DNA of 64,000 nt from Candidatus Poribacteria bacterium. Its GTDB lineage: Bacteria > Poribacteria > WGA-4E > WGA-3G. Position 1 is the stretch's first letter, and each line of letters opens with the position of its first letter. Positions 10,622-20,231 of this stretch are shown here, one piece after another. The DNA lies in the NCBI GenBank assembly GCA_965198235.1, contig OZ240248.1, forward strand, positions 1,056,001-1,120,000, in the 5' to 3' direction. The notes under the pieces were generated by a model, which saw only the letters and a list, made by a program, of their open reading frames with translations, had not been told where the DNA came from and searched no databases. The position numbers and the translations under genes are program-made.

Positions 10622-10858
10622 CTTTAAGGAAAATTAGAAAAAACAAAAGCGCGTAGCTTAGAACGTAGTGGAAAGCGGATATACGGAGAAGAACTTTCCT
10701 GCCAAAACCTTTCTAACCGAACCGCAAGGAAAAATTAAAACTTTAAGGAACATTAAAAAAAACAAAAGCATGTAGCTTGGAACGTAGTGGAAAGCGGATA
10801 TACGGAGAAGAACTTTCCTGCCAAAACCTTTCTAATCGAACCGCAAGGAAAAATTAAA
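10622..10858. repeat. Tandem pair (about 119 bp) of intergenic repeat family A
   Basis: Units 10622-10740 and 10741-10858: GAACGTAGTGGAAAGCGGATATACGGAGAA...CGAACCGCAAGGAAAAATTAAA. Confidence 0.9.
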
Positions 10859-11219
10859 GAATTCGATGTAGATGCCCACGGCGGGCATCAGGGGGAATCA
10901 CGCTCACCCACTGCACCCCTTTAACGATGTCGTCCGGAGTATGTCCATGCTCAACACTTTTAGGCGTAACAACTAAATCTCCGGGACCGATACGATAGGA
11001 TTCAGACTGTCCGTCAGCTGTTCGGAGTGTCACTGTCGTCATGCCTTCCGTGAAGTACCAGTACTCGTCGAAATCGTGATAATGAAGTTCGGTGGGGTTT
11101 TCCTTTGAAACAGCGAAAGCCCCAATCGTCGTCATGTCTGGGGTGTCCAAAACTTTCCCGAGTGCGTCACCGATGCGCTCCCCCTCACTCAGTCGAATAA
11201 CACAAAGATTCGTATCCAT
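10854..11219 (-). CDS. Cupin domain protein
   Basis: LHYHDFDEYWY and PGDLVVTPKSVEH cupin motifs. Confidence 0.85.
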   Translation of the reverse strand: MDTNLCVIRLSEGERIGDALGKVLDTPDMTTIGAFAVSKENPTELHYHDFDEYWYFTEGMTTVTLRTADGQSESYRIGPGDLVVTPKSVEHGHTPDDIVKGVQWVSVIPPDARRGHLHRIL

Positions 11220-11249
11220 TTCGTTTCTCCCGTTTGTAGTCAAGAAAAC

Positions 11250-11334
11250 GTAGTCCGTAATGTAATGGAGGACGACTCTACGGAAAGGCGCGTCAAAATT
11301 CAAGCCTCCTCATCGAACCGCAAGGTAAAATTAA
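11250..11334. repeat. Intergenic repeat family A copy
   Basis: CGTAATGTAATGGAGG...TACGGAAAGGCGCGTCAA...CGAACCGCAAGGTAAAATTAAA. Confidence 0.75.
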
Positions 11335-12092
11335 AGAACGCCGATATTTTTCAGGTGTTGCAGCGAATCTGCCACCCGCGCTTGGGCTCCCGCTTCGTCA
11401 AGGTTTTCGCCCTCAACGCCTTCTAACTCCATTGTGAAGGGACCATAGAAACCCGCATCGTTCAACGTCTGAAATACCGCTTTGAAATCGACAACGCCCT
11501 CACCGAGCGTTGGGAAATTCCATGTTCGATAGCCGCCGTTTGTGTCCTTGAGGTGGACAGCACCGACATGTCCGATAACTTTCTGGACTTCCGTAACAGC
11601 CGTCACGTTATGATTGTAATAGTAAACGTTTCCGGTGTCGAAGTTGACACAAATGTTCGGATGATTCACGGCTTGCATCGTTTCAAGTGAGATGTCGCCG
11701 TTATGCGCCATATCCGGATGTGTTTCCAAGCAGACTTTGATGCCTGCTGGTGCAGCGTTCTCACCGATGGCGCGGAGCCGGTCATATACGGCGTTCCGGT
11801 CTGCATCACCAGCATGGACGCTCACAAAGATAATCTTTACCTCCATCTGAGCGGCAATATCCAAGGTCGTCTGGAAATCCGAAATGACCGTTTCAGACTG
11901 GACATCGCAACTGCCGAGCAGACTGGTAGCAGTGAGTCCGTGCGCGTTCAATTCTGCACGGAGGGTATCGACAGATTCAGGTGCAGGCACACCGATTTCC
12001 ACATTCGTCAAACCGATTTCCGCCAAGTGGGCATATGCTCCAGCGCGAAACTGTCGGTAGCTCCCCAAATTACATGCAATAATATTTTCCAT
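11331..12092 (-). CDS. Sugar phosphate isomerase/epimerase (AP endonuclease 2 / TIM barrel)
   Basis: CLETH, NFDTGN, VHLKD, FTMELE metal-binding motifs. Confidence 0.85.
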   Translation of the reverse strand: MENIIACNLGSYRQFRAGAYAHLAEIGLTNVEIGVPAPESVDTLRAELNAHGLTATSLLGSCDVQSETVISDFQTTLDIAAQMEVKIIFVSVHAGDADRNAVYDRLRAIGENAAPAGIKVCLETHPDMAHNGDISLETMQAVNHPNICVNFDTGNVYYYNHNVTAVTEVQKVIGHVGAVHLKDTNGGYRTWNFPTLGEGVVDFKAVFQTLNDAGFYGPFTMELEGVEGENLDEAGAQARVADSLQHLKNIGVL

Positions 12093-12095
12093 TTT

Positions 12096-12182
12096 TTTAA
12101 ATTTTCCTTGCGGTTCGGGCAAGTGGGTTTGGAGTTTTGACGTTCTTCTCCGTATACCCGCTTTCCACTTCGTTCCAAGCTT
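12096..12182. repeat. Intergenic repeat family A copy (reverse orientation)
   Basis: TTTAAATTTTCCTTGCGGTTCGG...TTCTCCGTATACCCGCTTTCCACTTCGTTCCAAGCT. Confidence 0.8.
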
Positions 12183-13188
12183 AAGGAATTTTCCGTAACA
12201 CTGTGTTGCTCAATAGGATCTCGGTTCCCAGCAATATCACTGCGGGTATTAGAAAGTATGCCACCAACTCTTTATGGGTAACGACGTTGATTGTCTCAAA
12301 TTTCGTCTTTTCAAAACGATCGATTTCTGCGTAGATTTGCTTCAACGATTGCGTGTCTGTGGCACGAAAATAGCGACCTCTTGTTATGTTGGCAATCTGT
12401 TTTAGGGTATCCTCGTCGAGGTAGGTTAAAACCTCGCGATATCGTTTGCCAAAGGTCGTATCCGCGTAAGGAATGCGTGCACCCCCCTCTTTTCCCATAC
12501 CGATAGTGTAGACCTTAATCTCGAAGGATTGTGCAAAGGAGGCTGCTGCTCCCGGTTCAATACTACCAGCGTTGTTTTCACCATCAGTTAAGAGGATGAC
12601 AATCTTCGTTTTCGATTCCGAGGTGTGTAACCGATGGGTAGCGGTCGCAAGCGCATCACCGATAGCCGTGCCATCTTCGAGCTGCCCGATCTCTACATCG
12701 CGGAGCAATTCTACTAACACCGAATAATCCGACGTTAGAGGGCAGAGCGTAAAGCTTTCACCGGCAAAAACAACTAAACCGATACGATCGTTTTGGCGGT
12801 GCGTCAGAAAATCGTTGACGACTGATTTAGCGATTTGGATGCGATTGGACCCTTCAAAATCCTCTGCCCGCATGCTTTCTGAGATGTCGAGTACTAAGAA
12901 GATATCAATACCTTCAGTGAATTTATGCTCACGGCTTTGAGACAGTTGCGGACGGGCAAGGGAGACAAGGAGAAGCACGAGAACAATAAATCTGATCACT
13001 CTCAATATCGGGAACGCTTTAACCGAGGGAGTCTGCTGCATCTGCTGAATACCTGCTGCAAACCCATGTTTGAAATCAGAAAAACGTACGATCGGAACGA
13101 TGGTCTGCCCGCGTAGCCACCGCAAAGCGAATATCAGTAGTGGGACTACAATGAACAAACTCAGGAAGAGAGGTGACGCTAACTGCAT
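12181..13188 (-). CDS. VWA domain membrane protein (BatA-like)
   Basis: LARPQ, MIDAS DISES, DRIGLVVFAG, GTAIGDAL, LLTDGENN. Confidence 0.9.
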   Translation of the reverse strand: MQLASPLFLSLFIVVPLLIFALRWLRGQTIVPIVRFSDFKHGFAAGIQQMQQTPSVKAFPILRVIRFIVLVLLLVSLARPQLSQSREHKFTEGIDIFLVLDISESMRAEDFEGSNRIQIAKSVVNDFLTHRQNDRIGLVVFAGESFTLCPLTSDYSVLVELLRDVEIGQLEDGTAIGDALATATHRLHTSESKTKIVILLTDGENNAGSIEPGAAASFAQSFEIKVYTIGMGKEGGARIPYADTTFGKRYREVLTYLDEDTLKQIANITRGRYFRATDTQSLKQIYAEIDRFEKTKFETINVVTHKELVAYFLIPAVILLGTEILLSNTVLRKIP

Positions 13189-13205
13189 GCTGACTACACT
13201 CTTTC

Positions 13206-14303
13206 TTACCGGGATCCCCACTCATTGCTGGGGAGTGGAGAGATGTTTCTACGCGGTTCTTGCGAACGTATCATGCTGATGCCACTTAGCAGGCAGGTTC
13301 CAATGGCGATGCTATTGACAATAAGAAACGCTGCCCAGTCAATATACGGCAGGGATGTTGCCATGAAGTAGAGGATATAACCAAATATAACTGCGAGCGG
13401 TCTCCATCGTCCTGAAAAGAGGGTACTGCCGAGCGTCAGGAAAATCGCTGCCTTACCACAGATTGCCAAGGGAACCAAGAGCGAAACGGACAATAGCATG
13501 AATGGTACACCAACAATTGACAACGTCAACACCGTAAGGAGGAAAGGTATCATAACTAACATCAGGATGCCAAATAATATACTGCCGATAGGTCTCCTTG
13601 CAAAAAAGGCACTTACCTCGTTTATCGGCTTTGAAAGTAGGGCTACTATCAACAGATACATCAACAGGAAAAATCCAAACTTGACAAGTGTTAGGCGAAA
13701 ATTCGCTTGCTTGCTGATACCCCAGAAAGTATGTGGATGCATTACAAGATGTACCGCAGCGGGTACCATCTGCCAGTCATTACTTACTTGAAGATTAGCG
13801 ACTCCTTGTGCGTTTCCCGCAACCTGCCCGCCGATGATGTGAAGAGTTCCATTCACTTGTGCCTCTGGAGACAATTGGACATCTCCGCCGATTATCAATA
13901 CGTTGCCGCTCACGCGCCCTTGTAATCTTGCGTCTGCCGCAATTATAACGAGTGTTATTAATACCTCACCCTCTATTAACTGATAGTCGTTAATGATCTT
14001 GAATACCCGCCGTGTCTTTTTCCACTGGACATGCCCTTCACCAGCGGTTTTCCTGTTCTCCGAATCGACAACATCACTCTGCTTTGTAGACTCGTCAGAA
14101 GCCCCTTCCGAATTCTGTGCTGTAGGGAACCTGTTTTCTTGTACTGTTACGCCTTGCGCAATAAGAACACCTCTGGCTGGTTTTCCGTTTTCAAGGTTGG
14201 GTTGTTGCGAGTCTAAAACTTGCGGGGTGTTCTTTGAAGTCTGTCCAAAAACGGACAGGATGCCAAAGACTAAGAGTAAAAAAATAAATCCTATTTCCTT
14301 CAT
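13206..14303 (-). CDS. Membrane protein with bactofilin-like beta-helix region
   Basis: Signal-like N-terminus, repeats GRVSGNVLIIGGDV...VNGTLHIIGGQV, C-terminal TM helices. Confidence 0.6.
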   Translation of the reverse strand: MKEIGFIFLLLVFGILSVFGQTSKNTPQVLDSQQPNLENGKPARGVLIAQGVTVQENRFPTAQNSEGASDESTKQSDVVDSENRKTAGEGHVQWKKTRRVFKIINDYQLIEGEVLITLVIIAADARLQGRVSGNVLIIGGDVQLSPEAQVNGTLHIIGGQVAGNAQGVANLQVSNDWQMVPAAVHLVMHPHTFWGISKQANFRLTLVKFGFFLLMYLLIVALLSKPINEVSAFFARRPIGSILFGILMLVMIPFLLTVLTLSIVGVPFMLLSVSLLVPLAICGKAAIFLTLGSTLFSGRWRPLAVIFGYILYFMATSLPYIDWAAFLIVNSIAIGTCLLSGISMIRSQEPRRNISPLPSNEWGSR

Positions 14304-14584
14304 ATTTTCCTGTGGGAGGGGTTTCTGGGGAAACACCCAAGCAAAAACACCCCGAATTCCTCTATATTGAGATGAGTGTATAAGAACATTATAGATGAAA
14401 ATTCCTTTCATGTCAACGATTTTTAAATATAGAACCTCTTCGGATCGGTGTATTCTGCGTAAGCTCACCATTCAGACTGAGTTCCTAATTTTCGTATGAA
14501 AAAAAGAACTGAAACGTGGTGACATCAAAGCGTGCGCGGAACCTTTTCATTGAAATTGAAATTGCTTTGAATTCCAATTTTTTC

Positions 14585-14613
14585 TTGACATGTACCCGTG
14601 AATCTGATATGAT
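14585..14613 (+). promoter_or_regulatory. Sigma70-type promoter upstream of the omega-like RNA and LamG gene
   Basis: TTGACA-17 bp-TATGAT with extended TGn. Confidence 0.7.
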
Positions 14614-14728
14614 AGATGTATGTGATGTTTTAGCAGCGATTTATGCCTTAGCACAATCGTTGTATCCGTGTAAATTGCACGGATATGTGTAAGCGTTCTT
14701 GAACTGTAGTATCAAATGGGAGATAAAA

Positions 14729-14992
14729 GTCAGTAACCCCGCCCTAAAGGGCGAGGAAACCTGTGGGAAATGGCAGCCACGCCTATCACTTCTGCGAGGG
14801 AAACTTATTGACTACCGTAATATATCGCGATACCTGGGCGTGGCAGCCCGAACAATGTCTGTCAAACGGTATACCCTATTGGTAGGGATATACTCAAGGA
14901 TGCTCCCCAAGTCCCAGTCCACTTGGGTATCGTGATCGGGAAGGGGCAATATATACCCGCATTTTGCGGAGAGCCCGCAAGGGTCCTTACCT
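14729..14992 (+). ncRNA. Omega-RNA/HEARO-like structured RNA scaffold
   Basis: Stem GTCAGTAA/TTATTGAC; long stem TCGCGATACCTGGG/CTTGGGTATCGTGA; hairpin GGATGCTCCCCAAGTCC whose loop can pair with downstream GGGGCA (pseudoknot); terminal hairpins including a GCAA tetraloop. Confidence 0.65.
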
Positions 14993-15181
14993 GTTTTCTC
15001 AAAAGCACCGTGTCAGGTCAAGTAGATGAGAAGTGCGAGTCTTGTTGAACGAAGCAGTACACTGGAGAGAATCGCCGACATGTTCGTGGCGAAAAAACGG
15101 CATGCCTATTTTCTAAATTTAAAAAAGGAGGCGGTGTTCCTCCCCTGCCTAAAGACAGGGGTTTCCACACCGAAGATTTTG
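14729..15181 (+). mobile_element. Non-autonomous IS200/IS605-family element (no tnpA or iscB ORF)
   Basis: Subterminal hairpins GCCCTAAAGGGC (14741-14752) and CCCCTGCCTAAAGACAGGGG. Ends GTCA... and ...TG|ATGA, like the element at 40441-41585. Confidence 0.8.
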
Positions 15182-16012
15182 ATGAGTTTCCACACTATTT
15201 TTTCTAACAAGTTTTGGCTCACGAGTTTAGTCCTCGTGAGTTTCAGCCTCTTTTCTGTCGGTGTTTTGTTCGTTTCCACCACGTCTGCGGCAATCGACCC
15301 TGATACTGTTGTAGGGTTGTGGCTTTTTGATGAAGGCAAAGGAAATGTCGCAACCGATGCGTCCGAAAGTGGGTTGGATGGCGAATTTGAAGGTAAGCCA
15401 AAATGGGTTGACGGCAAGTTTGGAAAGGCACTTGAGTTTGATGGTAAAGGTGCTTATGTTCAGGTTCCGGGGCATGACAACCCAACCGAGGCAATCACCG
15501 TTACCGCTTGGGCAAAGAGCCCGGGTGATACTTGGAACCAGCACGGTTGGATGGTCGAAAAGCGGAATGCCTATATCATCCATCCCAACCAAGGCACAAA
15601 AAATGTAGCGTGGCCGATTTGCAACGGAGGCTGCTGGAATAAACCCGGCGGTTGGAATGATGGTAATGTTGGCCCCAAAGATATTACCGACTGGCACATG
15701 TACACCGGAACTTTTAATAGCAAAACCGGTGAGTGGTACATCTATATTGATGCCAAAGAAGCAAGTTCATTGGATTTGGCTAAGAACCCTCTTGATGCCG
15801 ATAGCGGTCCTGTCAATATTGGGTTTGACGATTGCTGCGGTGGTGCTCGATTCGGTGCAGTCATTATTGACGAGGTCGCAATTTTCAGTGTCGCTTTAGA
15901 GGAAGATGACCTCCAGAAGATTTATAAAGATGGACTCTACTTCTCGGTCTTGGCGGTGGATCCCGCTGACAAAATGACGACCACTTGGGCGGATGTCAAA
16001 GTCAAGTACTAA
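15182..16012 (+). CDS. Secreted LamG domain protein with C-terminal TW tail
   Basis: Signal peptide, GLWLFDEGKG, GKFGKALEFDG, WHMYTGTF, IDEVAIF; ends AVDPADKMTTTWADVK. The ORF-track N-terminal extension comes from the mobile element. Confidence 0.85.
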   Translation: MSFHTIFSNKFWLTSLVLVSFSLFSVGVLFVSTTSAAIDPDTVVGLWLFDEGKGNVATDASESGLDGEFEGKPKWVDGKFGKALEFDGKGAYVQVPGHDNPTEAITVTAWAKSPGDTWNQHGWMVEKRNAYIIHPNQGTKNVAWPICNGGCWNKPGGWNDGNVGPKDITDWHMYTGTFNSKTGEWYIYIDAKEASSLDLAKNPLDADSGPVNIGFDDCCGGARFGAVIIDEVAIFSVALEEDDLQKIYKDGLYFSVLAVDPADKMTTTWADVKVKY

Positions 16013-16148
16013 GTGGAGTGGCTCTCGGCTTTCGGCAGTCAGCAAAGCGGTTTTCTTGCTGGCTGCTGACTGCCGACGGTTATTTGGCTGAAAGCTCTCA
16101 CTGCGAAGTATGCTGACTGCCGACGACTATTCCTAAAGAAACAGAAAC

Positions 16149-16904
16149 ATGGAGGAACAAATGACATTTAGTTATGACGAAACCGATGATTTTGACGAAA
16201 CCGACGATTTTGATGATGAACCACAAGATTCCTATCTGGATGAAGAGGATGACGATTCCGTTGATTTGGAAGATGACTCGGAAGATTCTGGTACTGCACT
16301 CTCTCAGGCATTTCGTGAAGCCTCAACAGTAGAGGTAGTAGAAGAAGATGAAGAAGATGAAGAAGATGAAGAAGATGAAAAAGATGACAGTGCGGAAGAA
16401 ATGGGTGACGATGATACAGGTGACGATGATACAGGTGACGATGATACAGGTGACGATGATACAGGTGACGATGATACTGAAGCATACGAACAACGGCTTG
16501 CTGAAGCGATAGATGCATTGCCGGACGAAGAAGATTTAGAAGTAGTCGTCCCACCGCTGGAATTACCTTCGTTTGAAGTTGGGCTTTTCCGACCACAGGA
16601 GCAAGACAATCTCGCTTATGCAGATGCTGTGGAAGCCTACTATGAAGATAAAGATTATCAACGCGCAATCGAAAAATTTGGAGAGGCTATAGAGAACGAA
16701 GCCCAGGACACAGAGGGAAATGTGACAGATTCCAATTCGATTGTAGCGAAGGCGATGTACTGGCAAGCAGAAGCGTACGTCAAAATGCAAGACATTCCGC
16801 AAGCCATTGTAACTTTTGAGAGTCTCATCCAGACTTATCAAGAACATTACCTTTCGTTAGCCGCACAGCGAAGAACGGCTCAGTTGAACCCGGAAGATTC
16901 TTAA
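16149..16904 (+). CDS. Highly acidic protein with C-terminal TPR pair (CpoB/YbgF-like C-terminus)
   Basis: D/E-rich N-terminal half; YADAVEAYY...YQRAIEKF and AKAMYWQAEAY...AIVTFESLI TPR-like helices. Confidence 0.7.
   Translation: MEEQMTFSYDETDDFDETDDFDDEPQDSYLDEEDDDSVDLEDDSEDSGTALSQAFREASTVEVVEEDEEDEEDEEDEKDDSAEEMGDDDTGDDDTGDDDTGDDDTGDDDTEAYEQRLAEAIDALPDEEDLEVVVPPLELPSFEVGLFRPQEQDNLAYADAVEAYYEDKDYQRAIEKFGEAIENEAQDTEGNVTDSNSIVAKAMYWQAEAYVKMQDIPQAIVTFESLIQTYQEHYLSLAAQRRTAQLNPEDS
16341..16478 (+). repeat. Coding tandem repeats (9 bp x4 and 15 bp x5)
   Basis: GAAGAAGAT x4 (16341-16376); GGTGACGATGATAC(A/T) x5 (16404-16478), encoding GDDDT. Confidence 0.9.
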
Positions 16905-16931
16905 ATAATTGGCCTTCGCGCTGCCTTCCAT

Positions 16932-17117
16932 TACGTTTCAGGCAGGTTCTTGATACAGGGCAGCTGGAACTTACCAGAAACCATCGTGGAACGATGCGCA
17001 ATGGCCAATAGTTTAAAAACTACGTTTCAGGCAGGTTCTTGATACAGGGCAGCTGGAACTTACCAAAAACCATCGTGGAACGTAGTGGAACGATGCCCAG
17101 AGGCCAATCATTTAAAA
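16932..17117. repeat. Tandem pair (about 89/97 bp) of repeat family B ending at the tkt start codon
   Basis: TACGTTTCAGGCAGGTTCTTGATACAGGGCAGCTGGAACTTACC at 16932 and 17021. Confidence 0.9.
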
Positions 17118-18977
17118 ATGGAAACCTTGAAAGATTTTCTCAAACAGAAAGCGACTAACCTACGCATTCATTCGGTCATCTCCACATCGGAGGCAGGTTC
17201 TGGACATCCGACCACATGTCTCTCGGCTGCGGATATCGTCTCAGCACTCTTTTTTCACGCGATGCGTTATGACACGACTGATGCTCAGAACCCCAACAAC
17301 GATAGATTCATCTTGTCAAAGGGACATGCGGCACCGCTACTTTACGCTGCTTATGCGGAAGCAGGTATTATCCCAACCGAAAAGCTACGGACACTGCGAC
17401 AAATTGACAGCATCTTGGAGGGACATCCGACCCCTCGGTTTGAATGGACAGAGGTCGCAACTGGGTCACTTGGACAAGGCTTGTCGCTTGGACTCGGAAT
17501 GGCTCTCAATGGCAAATACTTAGACACCTCTGACTACCGTGTCTATGTCCTCCTTGGCGATGGCGAGACTGCCGAAGGTGGTGTCTGGGAAGCAGCTGCT
17601 TTGGCGTCACACTACAAGCTTAATAATTTGATTGGAATTGTGGATGTCAATGCGCTTGGGCAAAGTCAGCGAACTATGTATGCCTTCGATGTTGATACGT
17701 ATTGTCAGCGTTTTGAGGCGTTTGGTTGGCAAGCCATCGGCATTGATGGGCACGATTTTGATGAAATCCTTCCTGCCCTCGACCAAGCGAAAGCTTCGAG
17801 CGAGAAACCGACGATGATAGTCGCCAAAACTTTTAAGGGGAAAGGGATTTCGTTCCTTGAAAACGCCGACAACTGGCACGGAAAGGCACTTGCCCAAGGT
17901 GAGGAACTTGATAAGGCTTTAGCTGAGCTTGGACCGTTGCAGTCAGATGTTCCCATTCAGATTGAATCTCCTAATCCTGTAAATGCGAGTGCCGATCATC
18001 CCGCCGTGACCGAATATGAACCCCCTGACTATCCGGTGGACGAAGAAATCGCAACGCGTAGTGGCTACGGCGCAGGGCTTGCGAAACTCGGCAGCGCGAA
18101 TCCCAATGTTGTCGCCTTGGACGGAGATACTAAAAACTCCACTTATGCCGAACAATTTATGACACTCCATCCGAACCGCTATTTCGAGATGTTTATCGCG
18201 GAACAAAATTTGGTCGGTGCCGGTATCGGTTTGGCAAAACGTGGCAAAATTCCGTTTGTCTCCACGTTTGCTGCGTTTTTATCGCGTGCCTATGATCAGA
18301 TTCGGATGTCTGCGATCTCACAAGCGAATATTAAATATGCTGGCTCACACTGTGGAGTCTCAATTGGCGAAGACGGTCCCTCACAGATGGGTTTAGAGGA
18401 CATCGCGATGTTCCGTGCGATTCCAGGAGCAGTCGTGCTGTATCCAAGCGATGCAGTTGCCGCTGAACGGCTTGTCGCGGAGGCTGCTGCATACGAAGGT
18501 ATCGTTTATCTCCGCACCTCACGCCCAAAAACCGCTATTCTCTACGATGCTAACGAGAGTTTCCCAATCGGTGGGTGTAAGGTTATTCGGGAAAGCAGTG
18601 AAGATAAAGTGACCGTTGTTGCCGCGGGTGTTGCCCTTCACGAAGCGTTGAAGGCGTATGAAATGCTTGCTGCAGAGGGTCTTGCTATACGTATTATTGA
18701 TCTGTATTCCGTTAAGCCGATTGATAGGGAGGCACTACAAAAGGCGGCATCTGAGACGAACAACACCCTAATCACCGTTGAAGACCATTATCCTGAAGGG
18801 GGTCTGGGTGATGCTGTCCTTGATGCTGTGGCGACTAAAGGGGTCTGCGTCCACAAACTTGCTGTTACAGGAGTGCCGAGGTCTGGGAAACCGGAGGAGC
18901 TCTTGGAACATCACGGCATTAGTGCGGACGCTATAGTGGAAAAAGTTAACAGTCTTCAGTTAACAGTTATCAGTTAA
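17118..18977 (+). CDS. tkt: Transketolase
   Basis: GSGHPTT, DRFILSKGHA, ATGSLGQG, GDGETAEG, FIAEQN, GEDGPSQ. Confidence 0.95.
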   Translation: METLKDFLKQKATNLRIHSVISTSEAGSGHPTTCLSAADIVSALFFHAMRYDTTDAQNPNNDRFILSKGHAAPLLYAAYAEAGIIPTEKLRTLRQIDSILEGHPTPRFEWTEVATGSLGQGLSLGLGMALNGKYLDTSDYRVYVLLGDGETAEGGVWEAAALASHYKLNNLIGIVDVNALGQSQRTMYAFDVDTYCQRFEAFGWQAIGIDGHDFDEILPALDQAKASSEKPTMIVAKTFKGKGISFLENADNWHGKALAQGEELDKALAELGPLQSDVPIQIESPNPVNASADHPAVTEYEPPDYPVDEEIATRSGYGAGLAKLGSANPNVVALDGDTKNSTYAEQFMTLHPNRYFEMFIAEQNLVGAGIGLAKRGKIPFVSTFAAFLSRAYDQIRMSAISQANIKYAGSHCGVSIGEDGPSQMGLEDIAMFRAIPGAVVLYPSDAVAAERLVAEAAAYEGIVYLRTSRPKTAILYDANESFPIGGCKVIRESSEDKVTVVAAGVALHEALKAYEMLAAEGLAIRIIDLYSVKPIDREALQKAASETNNTLITVEDHYPEGGLGDAVLDAVATKGVCVHKLAVTGVPRSGKPEELLEHHGISADAIVEKVNSLQLTVIS

Positions 18978-19013
18978 AGAGGTGTTTTGTTTAACCAAGA
19001 GCCTCTGGTAACT

Positions 19014-19067
19014 TTAACCATTAACTCGCATATGGATAAAAGTGTTAAGGCACCAGTTGATGGTTAA
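19014..19067. repeat. About 54-bp TTAA-ended inverted-repeat element (MITE-like); second copy 24265-24317
   Basis: TTAACCATTAACTCG...CCAGTTGATGGTTAA. The second copy has perfect 15-bp inverted repeats. Confidence 0.75.
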
Positions 19068-19091
19068 GACTGACGACTGAAAACTATAAAC

Positions 19092-19460
19092 ATGCAAAAC
19101 ACAATCATCTGGATGACTGTCTTGAGTGTTATCTTCCTCGTTGGGATTGGGATGATTTACGCCTTACGTGTCCCGCAGGCAGTCCCTAAAACCTATCCAG
19201 CGGATAAAGGTCCCAACTTTATTGATGTTACCACCTATTCACCTAAAATGCAGGAGGCTTATGAGCTTTTTACCCGTAAATGTAGCCGGTGCCATACCAT
19301 TGCACGCCCCATTAATTCTTCTTTTGCCGCAGAGGAATGGCGAGAGTATGTCTATAAGATGATGCGGAAACCGGGTTCGGGACTTACTCCTAAGACCGCG
19401 GAAGAGATCATTAAATTCCTGATCTATGATTCAGAACATAGGGAGAAAAATACGCAGTGA
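19092..19460 (+). CDS. Membrane-anchored monoheme cytochrome c
   Basis: N-terminal TM helix, CSRCH heme motif, distal KMM. Confidence 0.85.
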   Translation: MQNTIIWMTVLSVIFLVGIGMIYALRVPQAVPKTYPADKGPNFIDVTTYSPKMQEAYELFTRKCSRCHTIARPINSSFAAEEWREYVYKMMRKPGSGLTPKTAEEIIKFLIYDSEHREKNTQ

Positions 19461-20189
19461 TTCATGCAGTATCGACTCGCAGGTTGAGGACTATAGTGGG
19501 ATTCATGATGTTGACAGCGGGACTGTTCTGTGCAGTAGGCTTACGAGTAGGCTTGACCGAAGAGGGGAATATGAACAAAAAGGATTTTCAGATTTCGATA
19601 GATGCTCAACGCGTCCCATTTGAAGTTTTACGCCAAACACCGAGAAAAGTTAAACCTTGTCTCCATTGCTCTCGATGCACAAGGCGCATCCGTCGTACGC
19701 CCATGGCATGATGCGGCAAACGCCGATTTTGTCACGCTTATTGATTCACAGAATACATTCGGCTCCCGCTATGACCTCAAAGCTATCCCTTATGGTGTTA
19801 TGGTTGATGAGGCGGGACGGTTGGTAAAAGCACCGTTCAACATCAATGTTACAGATCAAAAAACCCTCGCGATGCTTGAAAAGTGGTTGTCGGACCCCGA
19901 TTATAATGCGAAGCTGCTTCGTGATGTGAAACCCTTAGATGCGCTAAATGCGCAAACTACCACTGAAGCCTCTGCCCGTTTCCAACTTGGTCTGGTCTTG
20001 TTGGAGGTTGGGAAAAAGGAGGAAGCGATGGCAGAATGGCGGAAGGCTTTGGCATTAGACCCCCAAAACTGGATTATCCATAAACAAATTTGGGCAGTGG
20101 AGCATCCGGACAAATTCTACGAGAATGGAGTCGATTACGGTTGGCAAAAGGCGCAATTAGAAGCAGAAAAAAGTAAATTGTATGAGTAA
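19457..20189 (+). pseudogene. Thioredoxin-fold (TlpA/AhpC-like) + TPR protein, frameshifted and lacking the active-site segment
   Basis: Signal peptide and DFQISIDAQRVPF in one frame. KFYAKHREKLNLVSIALDAQG...AIPYGVMVDEAG...TPR in another, joined near 19620. No CxxC/UxxC present. Confidence 0.55.
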
Positions 20190-20231
20190 ACTCCTGATTG
20201 AAATTTTTCTGTAGGATAGATCTCTAAATCG

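Noticed and set aside
10622-10858. Tandem repeats as a CRISPR array (also 16932-17117 and 16404-16478)
   Set aside because: There are only two long near-identical units, or coding repeats without unique spacers, and no cas genes.
14993-15120. Residual iscB/isrB coding sequence in the omega-like element
   Set aside because: No PLMP, RuvC or HNH motif is recognisable in about 130 nt, so it cannot be assigned.
15026-15181. 52-aa N-terminal extension of the LamG ORF as native protein
   Set aside because: It lies inside the IS200/IS605-type element. The signal peptide and reconstructed RBS point to ATG 15182.
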